From the NCBI GenBank assembly GCA_009914755.4, contig CP068257.2, positions 39,808,001-39,872,000 of the forward strand: a DNA stretch of 64,000 bases, read 5' to 3'. The first letter of the stretch is position 1. Each line of letters opens with the position of its first letter. Position numbers and translations under genes: made by a program. The DNA is from the human T2T-CHM13v2.0 reference genome, Homo sapiens. Of the stretch, positions 12,831-26,260 are shown one piece after another. The notes under the pieces are model-generated. The model was not told the DNA's origin and did not search any database. It saw nothing but the letters and a program-made list of their open reading frames with translations.

Positions 12831-14779
12831 GTAAGTTGCTCTCTGAAAGTCGCTATCCATGTGACATGAGCCATGCCCATTCGAGGCTGCCCTTTTCTAC
12901 AGCGGTGCTACTGCTGCCCAGATATGCCTGCTCTCTCGCCTCTCCTGTGCCAGGACGCAGATCCTGACCCTCTACTTGCCAGCTGACAACCATGTATAGA
13001 CTCGTTGCCTTAGCTCACCGTGGGTGGAGGTGCTGCTGGGGTTGGGGACACTGGCTGAGCTGTCGATGGGTTCAGCTCATCTATACTAGAAGGAACTGGC
13101 CCAGGCCCTGGGTTCAAGGAGCACTAGGTTTGTTTTTCCTGCCCACATCATGATTCAGTCTCAAGCTACAAACCCTGGGGCATCATTAAGATATTATCTT
13201 TGTAGGGAAGCCACGTGGTGAATTTTTTGCCCAGAATCAAGACATATTTTTGGTGGGAACCAATCATGGCCCCTGGAATCAGTCCAACCTCAGTTGGTCC
13301 CGACGCTGACACTCTCAGCTGTGTGATTGTGGGTAGTTATTCCTCCTGTTATAAGCCTGGTTTTCCATATCTAAAATGAGAATAATGGTCTTTGCTTTAT
13401 ATGGCTGAGAGCAAAGTGCAGGGAGTGTCCAGGTACTCAGAGTGCTCAGTTTCTTATTACCGTGGATCACTGGTCTGTTTCAGGCTGGCTCTGTTTTCCT
13501 AGGCAATGTTAAACAATTTTTCAAACAATATTCAAAAAACATTGAAGCGTTTAGAAAAATACAGAGGACCACCACCTTTCCACCACCCTGATACCACCGT
13601 TTACATTTTTCTGCATTTCCGTCCCTGGTGCGTCTCTTGTCTGGCTGTAAGAGATGTAATTATGTCAGGGTATGGGGCAGGAGGAACTCTCACCCACTCA
13701 TACTTGCGTGCTTTGGAAGCAGCTTGGCCTTTTCCAGTCAAGGAGAACAGAGTGTGTCTCGTGATCTGGCAGTTCCACTTCTGGGGATAGACTGTGGTTC
13801 TCAAAGTGTGGCCCCCAGCCCAGCCCATTAGCATCACCTGGGAAGTTGACTGAAATGCAAATGACCAGCCCCTCCTCCCACTCTTAGACCTGGTGAATTG
13901 GACACTCTGGGGCAGGGCCCACCCCCTGTGCTTTACCAGGCTCTCCAGGTGATTCTGCTGTGTGCTGGAGTTTGAGGACCATGTGTAAACCCTTGCACAT
14001 CCCCCTGGGAGCCACATGCATAGCAGCACTGTTTATAACAGCAAAACTCAGACCCTGTCTACGTGCCTGTCATGGTGGAATGGATACTGGGAGTGTGGTA
14101 TGTTCATGTAGCAGAATTCTATACAGTAGTAAAGAGGAATGAACTAGAGTTCCAGGTATCAAAATGGCTGCATCAAATGAACAACGTTGAACCAAAGAAT
14201 CAAGTTACAGGAAATATACAAAATGATTCCACTTACGTAAAATTCCCCAACAGGCAGCAATAGGCAATATACCATTGTGGGAAAAACATATAGGTGGCAA
14301 AACTATAAAGAAAAGCAAGGATGTGATGATTGCAAGCCTCAGGATAGAGGGACCCTCTGGAGGTGAAGGAGTTGACCCAGGGAGGTGTGTGCAATGTCCT
14401 AAGTACTGGGAGTGTTTGTGTTCTTAACCCAAGTGGTTGGTACATGCATATTTGCTTTATTATGTTTGACACACTTTTGTAAATAGATAGTATAAATAAA
14501 TGAAAACAAACAAAAAGTTATAAGGTGAACTAAGACCGAGGCTACCAACTGTATTCATGCATTTGGTAAGGCTGTGGTTCTTTCTCAGTCAGGGCCCATT
14601 TTGCTCCCTGGAACTTGTGGCCAGGTCTAGAGACATCTTGGTTGTCACAACTCAGGGTGAATAGTGAATAGAGGCCAGGTATTTGGCTAAACCTCCTACA
14701 ATGTGTAGGGTAGCCCCTGCAACAAACAATCTTCTAACCCCAAATATGAATAGCTTCTTGTCCTGTTATAAAGAAGCTA

Positions 14780-16080
14780 TTCTAGTAAAAACGTCTGTCT
14801 ATGATGAAGCATGCACAAAAATAGTCATTAGAAAGAGGTAAAAGACAAAATGATTTTCTCATATTTTCTTCCTGAACCTCAATCAGCCCACATTCGGAAA
14901 ATTGCACCCAGCTGCTGGTAGGTAGGCAGGACCGAGTGTGAAGTCTGCTGCTTTCTCTGTTTTTATGCAAGTACTTCACTATTTTGATTACTTTAGTTTT
15001 ATAGTAATTATGGAAATTAGGTAATGCTAGTCCTCTGACTTTGTTCTTCTTTTTCAAAGTCATTTTGACTAAGAATATTTAGATCATTTCTATTTAATGT
15101 GACTGGTAATATAATTAGATTTGAGAATATCATCTTTCTATTTGTTTTCTATTTGTCCCATCTGTTCTTCGTTCCCCCTTTCGTCTTTTTCTGCCTTCTT
15201 TTGGATTATTTTTTATGATTCCATCATGTCTCCTTTGTTGTCTTATTAAGTATAACTTTTGGTGTTTTTAGTATATATCTTTAACTTAATAAGTCAACCT
15301 TCAAGTGATAGTCTGTCACTTCATGTATAGTGCGAGAACCTTAGAATAGTGTATTTCCATCTCTCTGCTCTGAGCCTTCATACTATTTCTATCATGCATC
15401 TTTTACATACATCATAAACCCCACAATACATTGTTATTATTGATGTTCAAACATTCAATTATCTTTTAAATAAAGATAGCAAAGGAATACAAAAAAGTGT
15501 AGTAGTTACCCCTTCTAGTATAGACTCCTTTGTATAGATCCAGATTTCCATTCAGTATCATTTTCCTTCTACCTAAAGAACTTCTTTAACATTTCCTGTA
15601 GTGCAGGTCTGCTGGTAATGAATTAGTTAAGCTTTTGAATGGCTAAAAAAGTCTTTGTTTTGCCTTCATTTTTAAAAGTTATTTTTGCTGGGTATAGAAT
15701 TCTAGATTGATGGTGTTTTTCAGTACTTTAAAAATACTGCTTCACTGTCTTCTCGCTTGTTATTGCTTCTGATAAGATTGACAGCAGATTTCTCATTTGT
15801 GTCCCTCTGCTCACACTGTATCATTCTCTGGCTGCTCCTAACATTTTCTCTTTATTACTGGTTTTGAGCAATTTGACCCTCTTATGGCTTGATGATGTTT
15901 ATGTTTGCTGTGCTTAATGTCTGTTGAGTTTCTGGGATCTTTGGGTTTATGGTTTTCATTAAGTTTGAGGGAATTGTATGTATTATTTCTTCAAATATTT
16001 TTTTCTGTCTCTCTTCCATTCTCTTTTGGGGATTCCAGTAACCTGTGTATTAGACTTATTGAAGTTGGCCGTCTTTAATG
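14780..16080. mobile_element. LINE-1 fragment (AT-rich L1 ORF-derived sequence)
   Basis: Long stretch similar to L1 internal sequence (..gctgggtatagaattctagattgatggtgtttttcagtactttaaaaatactgcttcactgtcttctcgcttg..). Boundaries and orientation approximate. Confidence 0.55.
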
Positions 16081-16083
16081 GAG

Positions 16084-16441
16084 TGTATTGGTTCATTCTC
16101 ACACTGCTATAAAGAACTGCCTGAAACTAGGTAATTTATAAAGAAAAGAGGTTTAATTGACTCACAGTCCACATGGCTGGGGAGGCCTCAGGAAACTTAC
16201 AATCATGGAGGAAGGCATCTCTTCACAAGGCAGCAGGAGAGAGAATGACTGAAGGAGGAACTTGCCAAACACTTATAAAACCATCAGACCTCATGAAAAC
16301 TCACTATCATGAGAACAGCATGGGGGAAACCTCCCCCACAATCCAATTACCTCCACCTGGTCTCTCCCTTGACACGTAGGGATTATGGGGATTACAATTC
16401 GAGATGAGATTTGGGTAGGGACACAGAACCAAACCATATCA
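16084..16441 (-). mobile_element. MaLR LTR (MST/THE1 family), antisense relative to consensus
   Basis: tgtattggttcattctcacactgctataaagaactgcctga...gatgagatttgggtagggacacagaaccaaaccatatca. Ends ~50 bp before the MX1 exon acceptor at 16491. Confidence 0.75.
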
Positions 16442-16491
16442 TGAGCATGATTTGCAGGCCATGAAGAATTCTCCATTTTTGTTTCCTCCAG

Positions 16492-16684
16492 GTGGCTGAG
16501 AACAACCTGTGCAGCCAGTATGAGGAGAAGGTGCGCCCCTGCATCGACCTCATTGACTCCCTGCGGGCTCTAGGTGTGGAGCAGGACCTGGCCCTGCCAG
16601 CCATCGCCGTCATCGGGGACCAGAGCTCGGGCAAGAGCTCCGTGTTGGAGGCACTGTCAGGAGTTGCCCTTCCCAGAGGCAGCG
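16492..16684 (+). CDS. MX1: MX1 coding exon 2 ([64 protein letters not shown] + 1 nt); contains the P-loop GDQSSGKS
   Basis: Acceptor cctccag|GTGGCT and donor AGCG|gtaaga. Exact match to the MxA sequence. Confidence 0.96.
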
Positions 16685-16689
16685 GTAAG

Positions 16690-17060
16690 AACTTACATTC
16701 TGTGTTAGTCTGCTCAGGCTGCCATAACAAAATACCACAGACGGGGTGGCTTATACAACAAAAGTTTATTTTCTCACAGTTGTGGAGACTGGAAGTCCAA
16801 CATCAGGGTTTAGCTTCTCCTGAGGCCTTTCTCCATGGCCTGCAGATGGCCACCTCCTCACCGCTCCCCCATGCGGCCTTCCTTCCACACACAAGCATCT
16901 CTGCTGTCTCTTCCCCTTCTTCATAAGAGCACCAGTCATATTGGATTGGGGCCTACCCTAATGACCTCATTTAACCTTAATTGCCTCTTTAAAGGCCTTA
17001 TCTTCAAATACAGTCCCATTAGGGGTTAGGGCTTCAACATAGGAATTTGGAGGGAACACC
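16690..17060 (+). repeat. Ancient interspersed repeat; family not confidently named. Belongs to the ..ccataacaaaataccacagac.gggtggcttatacaac...ggactggaagtccaa.. family.
   Basis: A related copy lies at 27700-28100 in this window. The consensus-like motif is recognisable but the family name is uncertain. Confidence 0.45.
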
Positions 17061-17669
17061 ATTTCATAACGCTATCTCATTGCACATTTTTTTCACATAA
17101 GTCATATGTAATCTACAGTTTGAGGAGAATCTGAATAAACACATTTGGGTCCCCCAGTTCAGAACTATATCAGTGAGGTCTCAAAGAGTTCAGGCCTGGG
17201 ACGGGTCTTGCAATACAGATCAGGTGTGGTAGGAAGAATATGGAAGGAGTTTACAGTAGGAGGACTGTTGTAAGGTGGCCTGGTAGCAGCAGGATGCTTT
17301 CCTAATGGGGGTAGAGTGTGTATGCTGGGGGGATAATGGAAGATGTTCGGATGAGTTTCGGGGGATTCCCAATGTGGTCTGCCACCTGAGCTGATGGCAG
17401 AACACTGGGATGAGGCAGGAAGCCAAAAGTGGTGGCTTTCAAGTGTTAGTAAGCAAAAACTCACCTGGGTTACATACTCAGAATGCATGTTCTTGAGGTC
17501 ACCCAGACACAGTGCGATGTCCCCGCATATCAGAGGGTAAGACCAGAAAGTTTCCAGTTTTAAATGTCTCCCCATATGATTGTATAAAAGTTTGAGAACC
17601 ATGGGCCTAAGGCGCTATGTAGGTCTTTTAAGAGCAAAGTGGAGCACTGATGTGGGCGTGGCCTCCTAG

Positions 17670-17807
17670 GGATCGTGACCAGATGCCCGCTGGTGCTGAA
17701 ACTGAAGAAACTTGTGAACGAAGATAAGTGGAGAGGCAAGGTCAGTTACCAGGACTACGAGATTGAGATTTCGGATGCTTCAGAGGTAGAAAAGGAAATT
17801 AATAAAG
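17670..17807 (+). CDS. MX1: MX1 coding exon 3 (2 nt completing Gly, then [45 protein letters not shown] + 1 nt)
   Basis: Acceptor cctcctag|GGATCGTG and donor AAAG|gtgagtac. Exact protein match. Confidence 0.96.
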
Positions 17808-18011
17808 GTGAGTACCCCCTGTTTGGATGCCTGGTCAAGCCTTCTGACATGCATGGGGTCTGTTTGTAACTGTTCATACTCCCACCTCCCTGGGCCTGTG
17901 CTGTCAGGACACCTTTCTCCTGCACATCAGGCCCCGGTTCCTTCTACTTCTTTTACCTCATTATGACCAGCACGCTTGGATATCAGCATCTGATAGCAAT
18001 CATTTATTTCT

Positions 18012-18298
18012 GGCCAGGCACAGTGGCTTGTGCCTGTAATCCCAGCTCTTTGGGAGGCTGACACGGGGGGATTGCTTGAGCCTAGGAGTTCAAGACCAGC
18101 CAGGGCAACATAGTGAGACCCCGTCTCTTAAAAAAAAAAAATTAAAATAGCTGGGCAGGGTGGCATGCACCTGTGGTCCCAGCTATTCAGGAGGCTGAGG
18201 TGGGAGAGTTGCTTGAGCCTGGGAAGTCAAGGCTGCAGTGAGCCGTGATCTTGCTACGGCACTCTAGCCTGACAGCAGAGTGAGACCCTGTCTCAAAA
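18012..18298 (+). mobile_element. Alu, full length
   Basis: ggccaggcacagtggcttgtgcctgtaatcccagc...gagaccctgtctcaaaaac. Confidence 0.9.
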
Positions 18299-20348
18299 AC
18301 ACATGTATTGCTTATTATGTAAGTATCTAGAATAATGTGAATTTTAAAATGTCCCCACATATGGATGATCTGTCCCTTATTCAAGGGCTTCCCTACTTAG
18401 ATCTGGCAGGAAGAGGAGCCAGATATGGGGGTGAGGGAGCTCCTCCCCCCGTTCCTTTGTACAAGGAACTCCACATTGTGGACAGGATCGTCACTGAACC
18501 CCACTCAGAACCAGCACCCTTTTCTAAGAAAGGAGAGTGACTGTGTTTGCATAATCCCAGCTTAGGCTAATTCATGGCAGGCCTCCATAAATGCAAACCA
18601 CAAGGATCAATTTGAAGTGTCTGCAAGGGGAAATGACACCAGCAGTGTAGACAGGGTAGAGTAGCTGACAAAGAACAGCCTCTGTGAGATGCATGGATAA
18701 CATCTTCCTATCGACCTTCATGTTTTTCTGGCATGTCACATGTTTAAGTTTCATTCACACTGGGAAGGTACTGAAGAGACATGAACTAATGCCCAGCAGT
18801 AGGAAGGGACGGGTTTAGCATTTGTAAAGATGGAGCATTAATCACATTTGTTGACTGTTTAAAGAAAGATAAATAATGTTATTGACAAACCGTGATTTTG
18901 AATTAGTTGGGATTAGGTTGGCTGCTTGCAGCAGAAAACTCAAAATAACTGTGTGCCTTAGCCCTTGCTGTATAACAAACCCATCTTAAAACTAATGGCT
19001 TGACCACTTTTATTTCTCATGATTTGATGGACCAGCTGGGCAGTTCTTCTCTGGGCTAGCTGGGCTGGGGCTGATGGTCCAGGATGGCCCTTGGCTGGAG
19101 TGACCGGGCCTTCTGTCTGTGTGGTCTCTCACCCTCCAGAAGGCTAAGCTGGACTTCTCAATGTGGGTGGAGGGGTTCCCAGCAGCAAGAGAGGGCAAGA
19201 CCCGACATCTAACACCTTTCGGTCTCTCCTGATGTGGCACTGTGTAACATCCCCTTAGCCAGAGAAAGTCACGTGGCCAAGCCCAATTTCAAGGGACCGA
19301 TTTTCTCTCTCTCCATGGAAGTGACGAAGGCACCCTGTAAAGTAGCGTGCATACAGGGATGGAAGGGAATGTGGATGCCATTGTGCCAGCAAGTTGCTGA
19401 GACAGCGGTCTAAACAATGTAGAGGCTTTCTGTCCCTCTCATATAAGTCTGAAGGCGGGCAGACCAGAGCTGATTGGGGATTCCAATGTCAGGAACCAAG
19501 ATTTATTCTTCTCCCATTTCTTCATTGGGTGTGGCCTCTGTTTCCAAGGCCCCCCCGTGACTTAGTCAGCAAGTCCGCTTTGAAGCCAGCTGGACCATGG
19601 CAAGGGGCATATCTCTGCCTTTGTAAGCACACTTTCTGGAAGTTGCACATAACATTTTCACATGGCCCATTGGCCAGAACCCGATCTCATGACCACATGG
19701 CAGGTACATGGATATTGGGGGAACAATTAGTGGACCATAACCACTGATATTTCCTAAGTTCTAAATTGATATCAAACATCCCAAAAAGGCATTCTAGATT
19801 TAGAAAAGAGTAAAGTGGTGTTAGCCAACAATTTGATGAAACAAATTCATATCCTAAAATTCATTAAGGAGGAAGGAGCAAAATAAAATCTCTTAATGGG
19901 ATGTTAACAGCCAGTGCTTATCTTAGCTAAAATAAGCACATTTCCCCATATAATTTTCCAGTTTATATTTTAGGCATTTCCATATATTTTTATTTGTTTT
20001 TATTTTGCTTGGTTGCTAATTTCCTACTGACATCAATGAGAAGGATTTAGGAATGCTACCAGGAAGAACTTCTTGCCTCCGCCCAGCTTTGGACTGGTCT
20101 AAGTGGGTGTCACTCATGGTGATGTTCTCACAAGGTCTCTCTACACACAGTGCTGGCCAACAGCAGGGAAAATACTGAGTTATCCTTTGAGATCTCTTTT
20201 ATCCCAATCACAGAAAATTGAATCTGCTCCAAATATGCTTTTATCCATGACTCGCAGAGAGGAGAAGATGCTTTCAGAGTATTCACCATCATGAGATCCG
20301 TTTATCCTAAGCTCTGTTTGGGTTTGATTTTCCCTGTCTCTTTTCTAG

Positions 20349-20503
20349 CCCAGAATGCCATCGCCGGGGAAGGAATGGGAATCAGTCATGAGCTAATCAC
20401 CCTGGAGATCAGCTCCCGAGATGTCCCGGATCTGACTCTAATAGACCTTCCTGGCATAACCAGAGTGGCTGTGGGCAATCAGCCTGCTGACATTGGGTAT
20501 AAG
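20349..20503 (+). CDS. MX1: MX1 coding exon 4 ([52 protein letters not shown]); contains the switch-II DLPG motif
   Basis: Acceptor ttttctag|CCCAGAATG and donor TATAAG|gtcaga. Exact protein match. Confidence 0.96.
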
Positions 20504-20825
20504 GTCAGACTTCAGACCCATTCTGACCTTGGCCGTGGCGTGGGGATGGGGGAGTGGAGGGGTGGGAGGAGAAAGAGGGTACTGTATTAGAGTAACCGTG
20601 AGTCCAGAGCTGAGTTTTGGAGTTAGTATTTGGAGGTGTGAGTGGGGAATTTAGAGAGCCCGTTGGTCACAGTCTGTTCTGTCAAGTTGAATGGAAGCTT
20701 CTTTGGAGAAAGTGAGGCCAGTGGGCACAGTTGGAAATGTGTTCTGTGTATTTGTTTTATGTTTTATGCAATGACTTGTTTTTGGTTATATACATTTTGC
20801 AGCATATCTAAAGTGCTGTGTATTA

Positions 20826-21160
<335 letters not shown>

Positions 21161-21541
21161 AGAAAGAAATAGGTATAATGATATTTTAGTATCAGTGAAT
21201 CTCACTTTACAGATTAAAGATTTAGGGGTGAAGTGGGGTTTTTTGGCCACCATTTTTCATTGTGACCATCAGATCTGAGGTCTTAGGGGTTAATTATCTG
21301 AAACTTCATGGTTTTCCCTGAGCCTATAGCTCTGCTTCTGCCACAGATAATTTATTTTCTCATAATTCCAGCTTGGTACCTCCAGGGTTGTGTTTGTGGG
21401 TTCATTTCTCCAAAGTTACTTCTTTTGGGGGAAATACCCCTGGGACTCTTAGGGCCTAAAGCAAGTGCAAGGTCAGGACTTGTCTCACCTCTCACTTGCC
21501 TTTGCCATACTCACGAGTCACCTCCTCTCATTTCCTTACAG

Positions 21542-21680
21542 ATCAAGACACTCATCAAGAAGTACATCCAGAGGCAGGAGACAATCAGCCTGGTGGTGGT
21601 CCCCAGTAATGTGGACATTGCCACCACAGAGGCTCTCAGCATGGCCCAGGAGGTGGACCCCGAGGGAGACAGGACCATCG
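21542..21680 (+). CDS. MX1: MX1 coding exon 5 ([46 protein letters not shown] + 1 nt)
   Basis: Acceptor ttccttacag|ATCAAGACA and donor ACCATCG|gtgagagtggggg. Exact protein match. Confidence 0.96.
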
Positions 21681-21856
21681 GTGAGAGTGGGGGAGCCCCA
21701 CTGTGCTCAGTGAGAATGGGGGAGCCCGCCTGTGCTCGATGAGAATGGGGGAGCCCGCCTGTGCTCGGTGAGAATGGGGGAGCCCGCCTGTGCTCGGTGA
21801 GAATGGGGGAGCCCGCCTGTGCTCGGTGAGAATGGGGGAGCCCGCCTGTGCTCGGT
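21676..21856. repeat. MX1: 29-bp tandem repeat, ~6.2 copies (unit ggagcccgcctgtgctcggtgagaatggg). The first copy is the exon-5 3' end plus its natural 5' splice site.
   Basis: Copies start at 21692, 21721, 21750, 21779, 21808 and 21837, giving period 29. Each copy retains a CGgtgagaatgg donor-like motif, except copy 2 (cgATgag). Confidence 0.9.
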
Positions 21857-22399
21857 GGTCTGCCAGTGGGCAAGCGTCCCTCCAGTCTCCATGGGCTTTG
21901 CTCAGTGGGGACCTGCCTCCACTAAGACCTGCTAAGGGAGCAGGTTTGGTGCCCACCAAGGCCAAGTGAAATGAGCTGCTTTTGACTCTCACTGGCTAGG
22001 TTGCCTTGTAAGCCTTATCTACTTGCTCAGAAAGGCACAGTGGGCTCGGAAGCAGGTCAAACTCAGGAGGCACATGGTACTCATTAAGAATGCATTTGAG
22101 ATGGGATGTCCATAACTCAAGGGATAAACAAAACGTGGCGTGTTCTACAGTGGACCCGGGTGAAGGAGCTTGGGGAGAGCCACATGCTGTTCTGGGAGGC
22201 ATCCCTGCCTTCACGCGGCTTGTCGTGGAGTTCTTTTCTGGAGCGGGGCTCCACTGCCCCCATGGTTCTGCAGGGGCTATGGCCTGTCCTCAAGCAAGGA
22301 TGGGAGGAAACCCTGGGAGGCCGGGGGCGTGAGCAGTTGTTCGTTCACCTCTGCCTCGTGACTGAGCACGTTCTCTCCCCAAATACATCTGGCTCGCAG

Positions 22400-22598
22400 G
22401 AATCTTGACGAAGCCTGATCTGGTGGACAAAGGAACTGAAGACAAGGTTGTGGACGTGGTGCGGAACCTCGTGTTCCACCTGAAGAAGGGTTACATGATT
22501 GTCAAGTGCCGGGGCCAGCAGGAGATCCAGGACCAGCTGAGCCTGTCCGAAGCCCTGCAGAGAGAGAAGATCTTCTTTGAGAACCACCCATATTTCAG
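22400..22598 (+). CDS. MX1: MX1 coding exon 6 (2 nt, then [65 protein letters not shown] + 2 nt); contains the TKPD (G4) motif
   Basis: Acceptor ggctcgcag|GAATCTTG and donor TTTCAG|gtgcgct. Exact protein match. Confidence 0.96.
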
Positions 22599-22690
22599 GT
22601 GCGCTTGCCTGGGTTTCATCATGGATCAGTCCAAGCCCAGGATGTCAGGCCTTCCAGGGGACAGTGGCAGCCGTCCCACAGATGTGTGGA

Positions 22691-22743
22691 GTGTGTGTGT
22701 GTGTGTGTGTGTGTGCGTGTGTGTGTGTGCGCGTGTGTGTGTG
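22691..22743. repeat. (GT)n microsatellite, imperfect, ~26 units; ~95 nt downstream of the MX1 exon-6 donor
   Basis: direct read. Confidence 0.95.
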
Positions 22744-24479
22744 ACTATGCTTGTTCCCCAACAAGGACTATGGAATTCACCTAGAAGAATAGGAAGGGGA
22801 TTACAAAATACTGCCAAGAAAAAAAAAACTAAAAACCAATCAAAATAGGGAGAGAACAATGTACAATAATTTACGTAGCATGGTGCTGGAACCATATTTT
22901 ATAAAAACATAAATAGAAGAGAATAGGAAAAAAGTAGAAAGCCCAGAAATAGACCTAGATATATATATTTGACACATGATGAATGCAGCATTTCAAATCA
23001 AATAGTGGACTATATCAGCTTGAGTATCTATTAGCGGTGTTAGGATAATTAATATTTGGGAAAAAACTAAAATACTGCCCTTACTTATCTCATTATACCA
23101 AAATAGTTAAAGTTTAAAGTTAAATATTAAGAGGAAGCAATAAGCATCTCAGAAGAAAGGTAGGTGAATAGTTTATAAGATTTTTCTATCCCTCCTACCA
23201 AAAGTGACATTTTTTAAAAGGAAAAGACTGACAAATTGATAAGATTTAAAATGATGAGACTATGTAGAGTTGTAAACATTCTTGCATTCAGTTCTCCCAG
23301 AAGCCTACAGAGAGCCATTACTCAGAATTCCAGGAATATCAAATGGAAACTTACATCCTGTTCTGCACATTCACAATTGCCAGAAGATGAGATGATTCAG
23401 TGTCCATTGATGGATGGATGCAGAAAGCAATGTGGTCTGTACAAAAACATGGAATACTTTCAGCCTTAGAAAGGAAAGACATTCTGACACATGCTACAAC
23501 ATGGATGAAGCTTGGGAACATTCTACTAAGTGAAAGAACCCAGTCGTAAGAGGACGGATACTGTCTGATTCCACTTAGCTGAGGTCCCTGGAGTAGTCAG
23601 ATTCATAGAGACAGAAAGAATGATGGGCGCCAGGGGCTGGGAGAGAGAGAATGGGCAGGTAGTGTTTAATGGGGCCATTGTTTCAGTTTGGGAATATGAA
23701 AAGTTCTGAAGACAGACAGTGGTGATGGTTGCATAATAGTGTGAATGTACTTAATGCCACTCAAGTGTACTCTTAAAGATGGTTAAATGGTCAATTTTAT
23801 ATGTAGTTTACCACAATTTAGAAAAATTGACAGAGAAACTGAAGCTTAGGTATGAGTATACTCTCACAAAAAGGCACAGAAACTCATGCTTCACTGCTGC
23901 CTTTATCCTAAAATGTCCTATAAAATGTGGGAAACCCTGTAATAACTCACTCTGTGAGCACAAATTTGGATCGAGTGAGAAGATGCTTGACTTCCTTCCT
24001 CCAGGCAGCCCATGGTTTAAGTTTTTATCTTGGACAAGATATCTTGTGTCTCTTCTCCCCAGTGTTCTGCTACCCATTTATCTCAATATGCTTCAATGTA
24101 TTTGTATGAAGATATGTCTGTATCCATTATGATTACCTACACATATTACACATAGAAGGGGGTATGTGTTATAAAAACATATCTATACATGTCTGTGTAT
24201 TTTTGTGATGACCAAGTCTATAGTCAAACACCATGATACACATTTATTATATCAGCTGGAAGAGCTCATTCCATATCATTGTGGAAATATCCTAGATTGC
24301 TAAAATTCAGTCATAATCCTATTCAATCCAGTTCTGAGTATTTGTTGGGTACCAACTGCAAGACATTCCATCCAGTTGTAAGCAACTGAAATTTGCCTTG
24401 ACTTTCCCCAACAGCAAAAAGGCAGACATGCGTGTTCTGGCTACATCAAGGTGGAAATCGGTCCTGTGTTCTCTTCTAG

Positions 24480-24558
24480 GGATCTGCTGGAGGAAGGAAA
24501 GGCCACGGTTCCCTGCCTGGCAGAAAAACTTACCAGCGAGCTCATCACACATATCTGT
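24480..24558 (+). CDS. MX1: MX1 coding exon 7 (1 nt, then [26 protein letters not shown])
   Basis: Acceptor ctcttctag|GGATCTG and donor ATCTGT|gtaagcac. Confidence 0.95.
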
Positions 24559-24917
24559 GTAAGCACGGGCAGAGCTGTGGGTTCTCTAAAAAGAATACTA
24601 CGACCGCAGAGCTGAACCTTGCTGGCTTCTTAAACATCACTGTACACACAGATCTTCTGAGGATCTTGTTAAGATGCAGTTTCAGATTCTGTGGGTCTGG
24701 AGTGGGGCCTAGAATTCTGCATTTCCAGCAAGCCCCCAGACAATGTGGATATTCCTTTTCAGGGGACCACAGTCAGGGGGGATGCTGATAGACTATATCT
24801 ACTGGGCCAAAATAAAAATTAAAATCTTATACACAAGCTACTAACTCTTCCTTTCTCATTGACAACCACTATTATAATGTCTTATTCATTCTAATGAACA
24901 TATTTTTTAACTTCTAA

Positions 24918-25236
<319 letters not shown>

Positions 25237-26137
25237 TTTCAAATTTTCAACTCAGCACCAGAGTGCAGGGTCTTCCACGTGGTCCCCAGGAATGCGGGTG
25301 CATAACAGGGTTGTTTCCAGCCGACCATGATGAGTGCAGAGCTCTCTGGGGTCCCACTGTATGCAGAAAGAGGATGCTTCCTTATTAGATTCCCCACCTC
25401 GAGCAAGCCCATGGGGATTGATTTTTTGCCTCTGCACCAAGTCAGGTTCATAAGTTCCCGTTCGAATTTTCTTACCTAGACAGATGCCCTTGTGGCTGAG
25501 CCGGGCTTCATTGCTGCCTTCTCCTTGAGCCCCTGCCTGGCCACTGTTACTGGGGCTGGCCTCTGACTACCCCTCACTAACTTGTGAGTCCACCGATACA
25601 TTTAAAGGTGCAGCTTTCACATGTCAGCTGGCATTTTTAGATGTTTGCCGTGGAAGGGTGAGCCAGCATATGGCGTCAACCGTATTGTTAAAAACATAAG
25701 TCTCTGATCACTTTTTATTGATTGCAAGCAACATAAAAGTTGTTGAATCTCAAATTGCTCCAAATGCCACTTTTTCAGAACCTACTAGACAAGTGGATCT
25801 CTCCAGTCTCCCTCCAGAGAGTTTACCTAATATGACCACAGAGGAACTGCTCCCGGGTCACTCTGCCGGGGCCTAGGACCCATGCACAGTGGGTGCCACA
25901 GTGCTGCTCATGAGGCTGCTGTCGCAGGAGTGGGGAAGGAGGAAGACCTGGGCAGAAAACAGTGCCCCCAGTGTGTGCCCCCCTGCACCTCCCCCGGGTC
26001 TGGAAAAGCTTCCTTTTAGAGGAAGCCAGGAAGTCAAATGGCCCACACAACTCCTCTGCAGAGGGAGGCCCGGGACCTCCTTTTCATTCTCTGTTCATCT
26101 TTACACATTTCCATTATTTTCTCTCCATTTTCCTCAG

Positions 26138-26260
26138 AAATCTCTGCCCCTGTTAGAAAATCAAATCAAGGAGACTCACCAGAGAATAACAGAGGAGCTA
26201 CAAAAGTATGGTGTCGACATACCGGAAGACGAAAATGAAAAAATGTTCTTCCTGATAGAT
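26138..26260 (+). CDS. MX1: MX1 coding exon 8 ([41 protein letters not shown])
   Basis: Acceptor ttcctcag|AAATCTCTG and donor ATAGAT|gtgagtgt. 123 nt, phase 0 at both ends. Confidence 0.96.

Noticed and set aside
16492-16926. 144-aa plus-strand ORF labelled MAENNLC...
   Set aside because: The first 64 codons are the genuine MX1 exon (the GTG valine codon is shown as M by the ORF caller). The remainder is intron read-through past the donor at 16685.
21511-21992. Three overlapping minus-strand ORFs (61-120 aa) with repeated [29 protein letters not shown] peptides
   Set aside because: Artefact of the 29-bp tandem repeat read in shifting frames. The real coding sequence here is the + strand MX1 exon 21542-21680.
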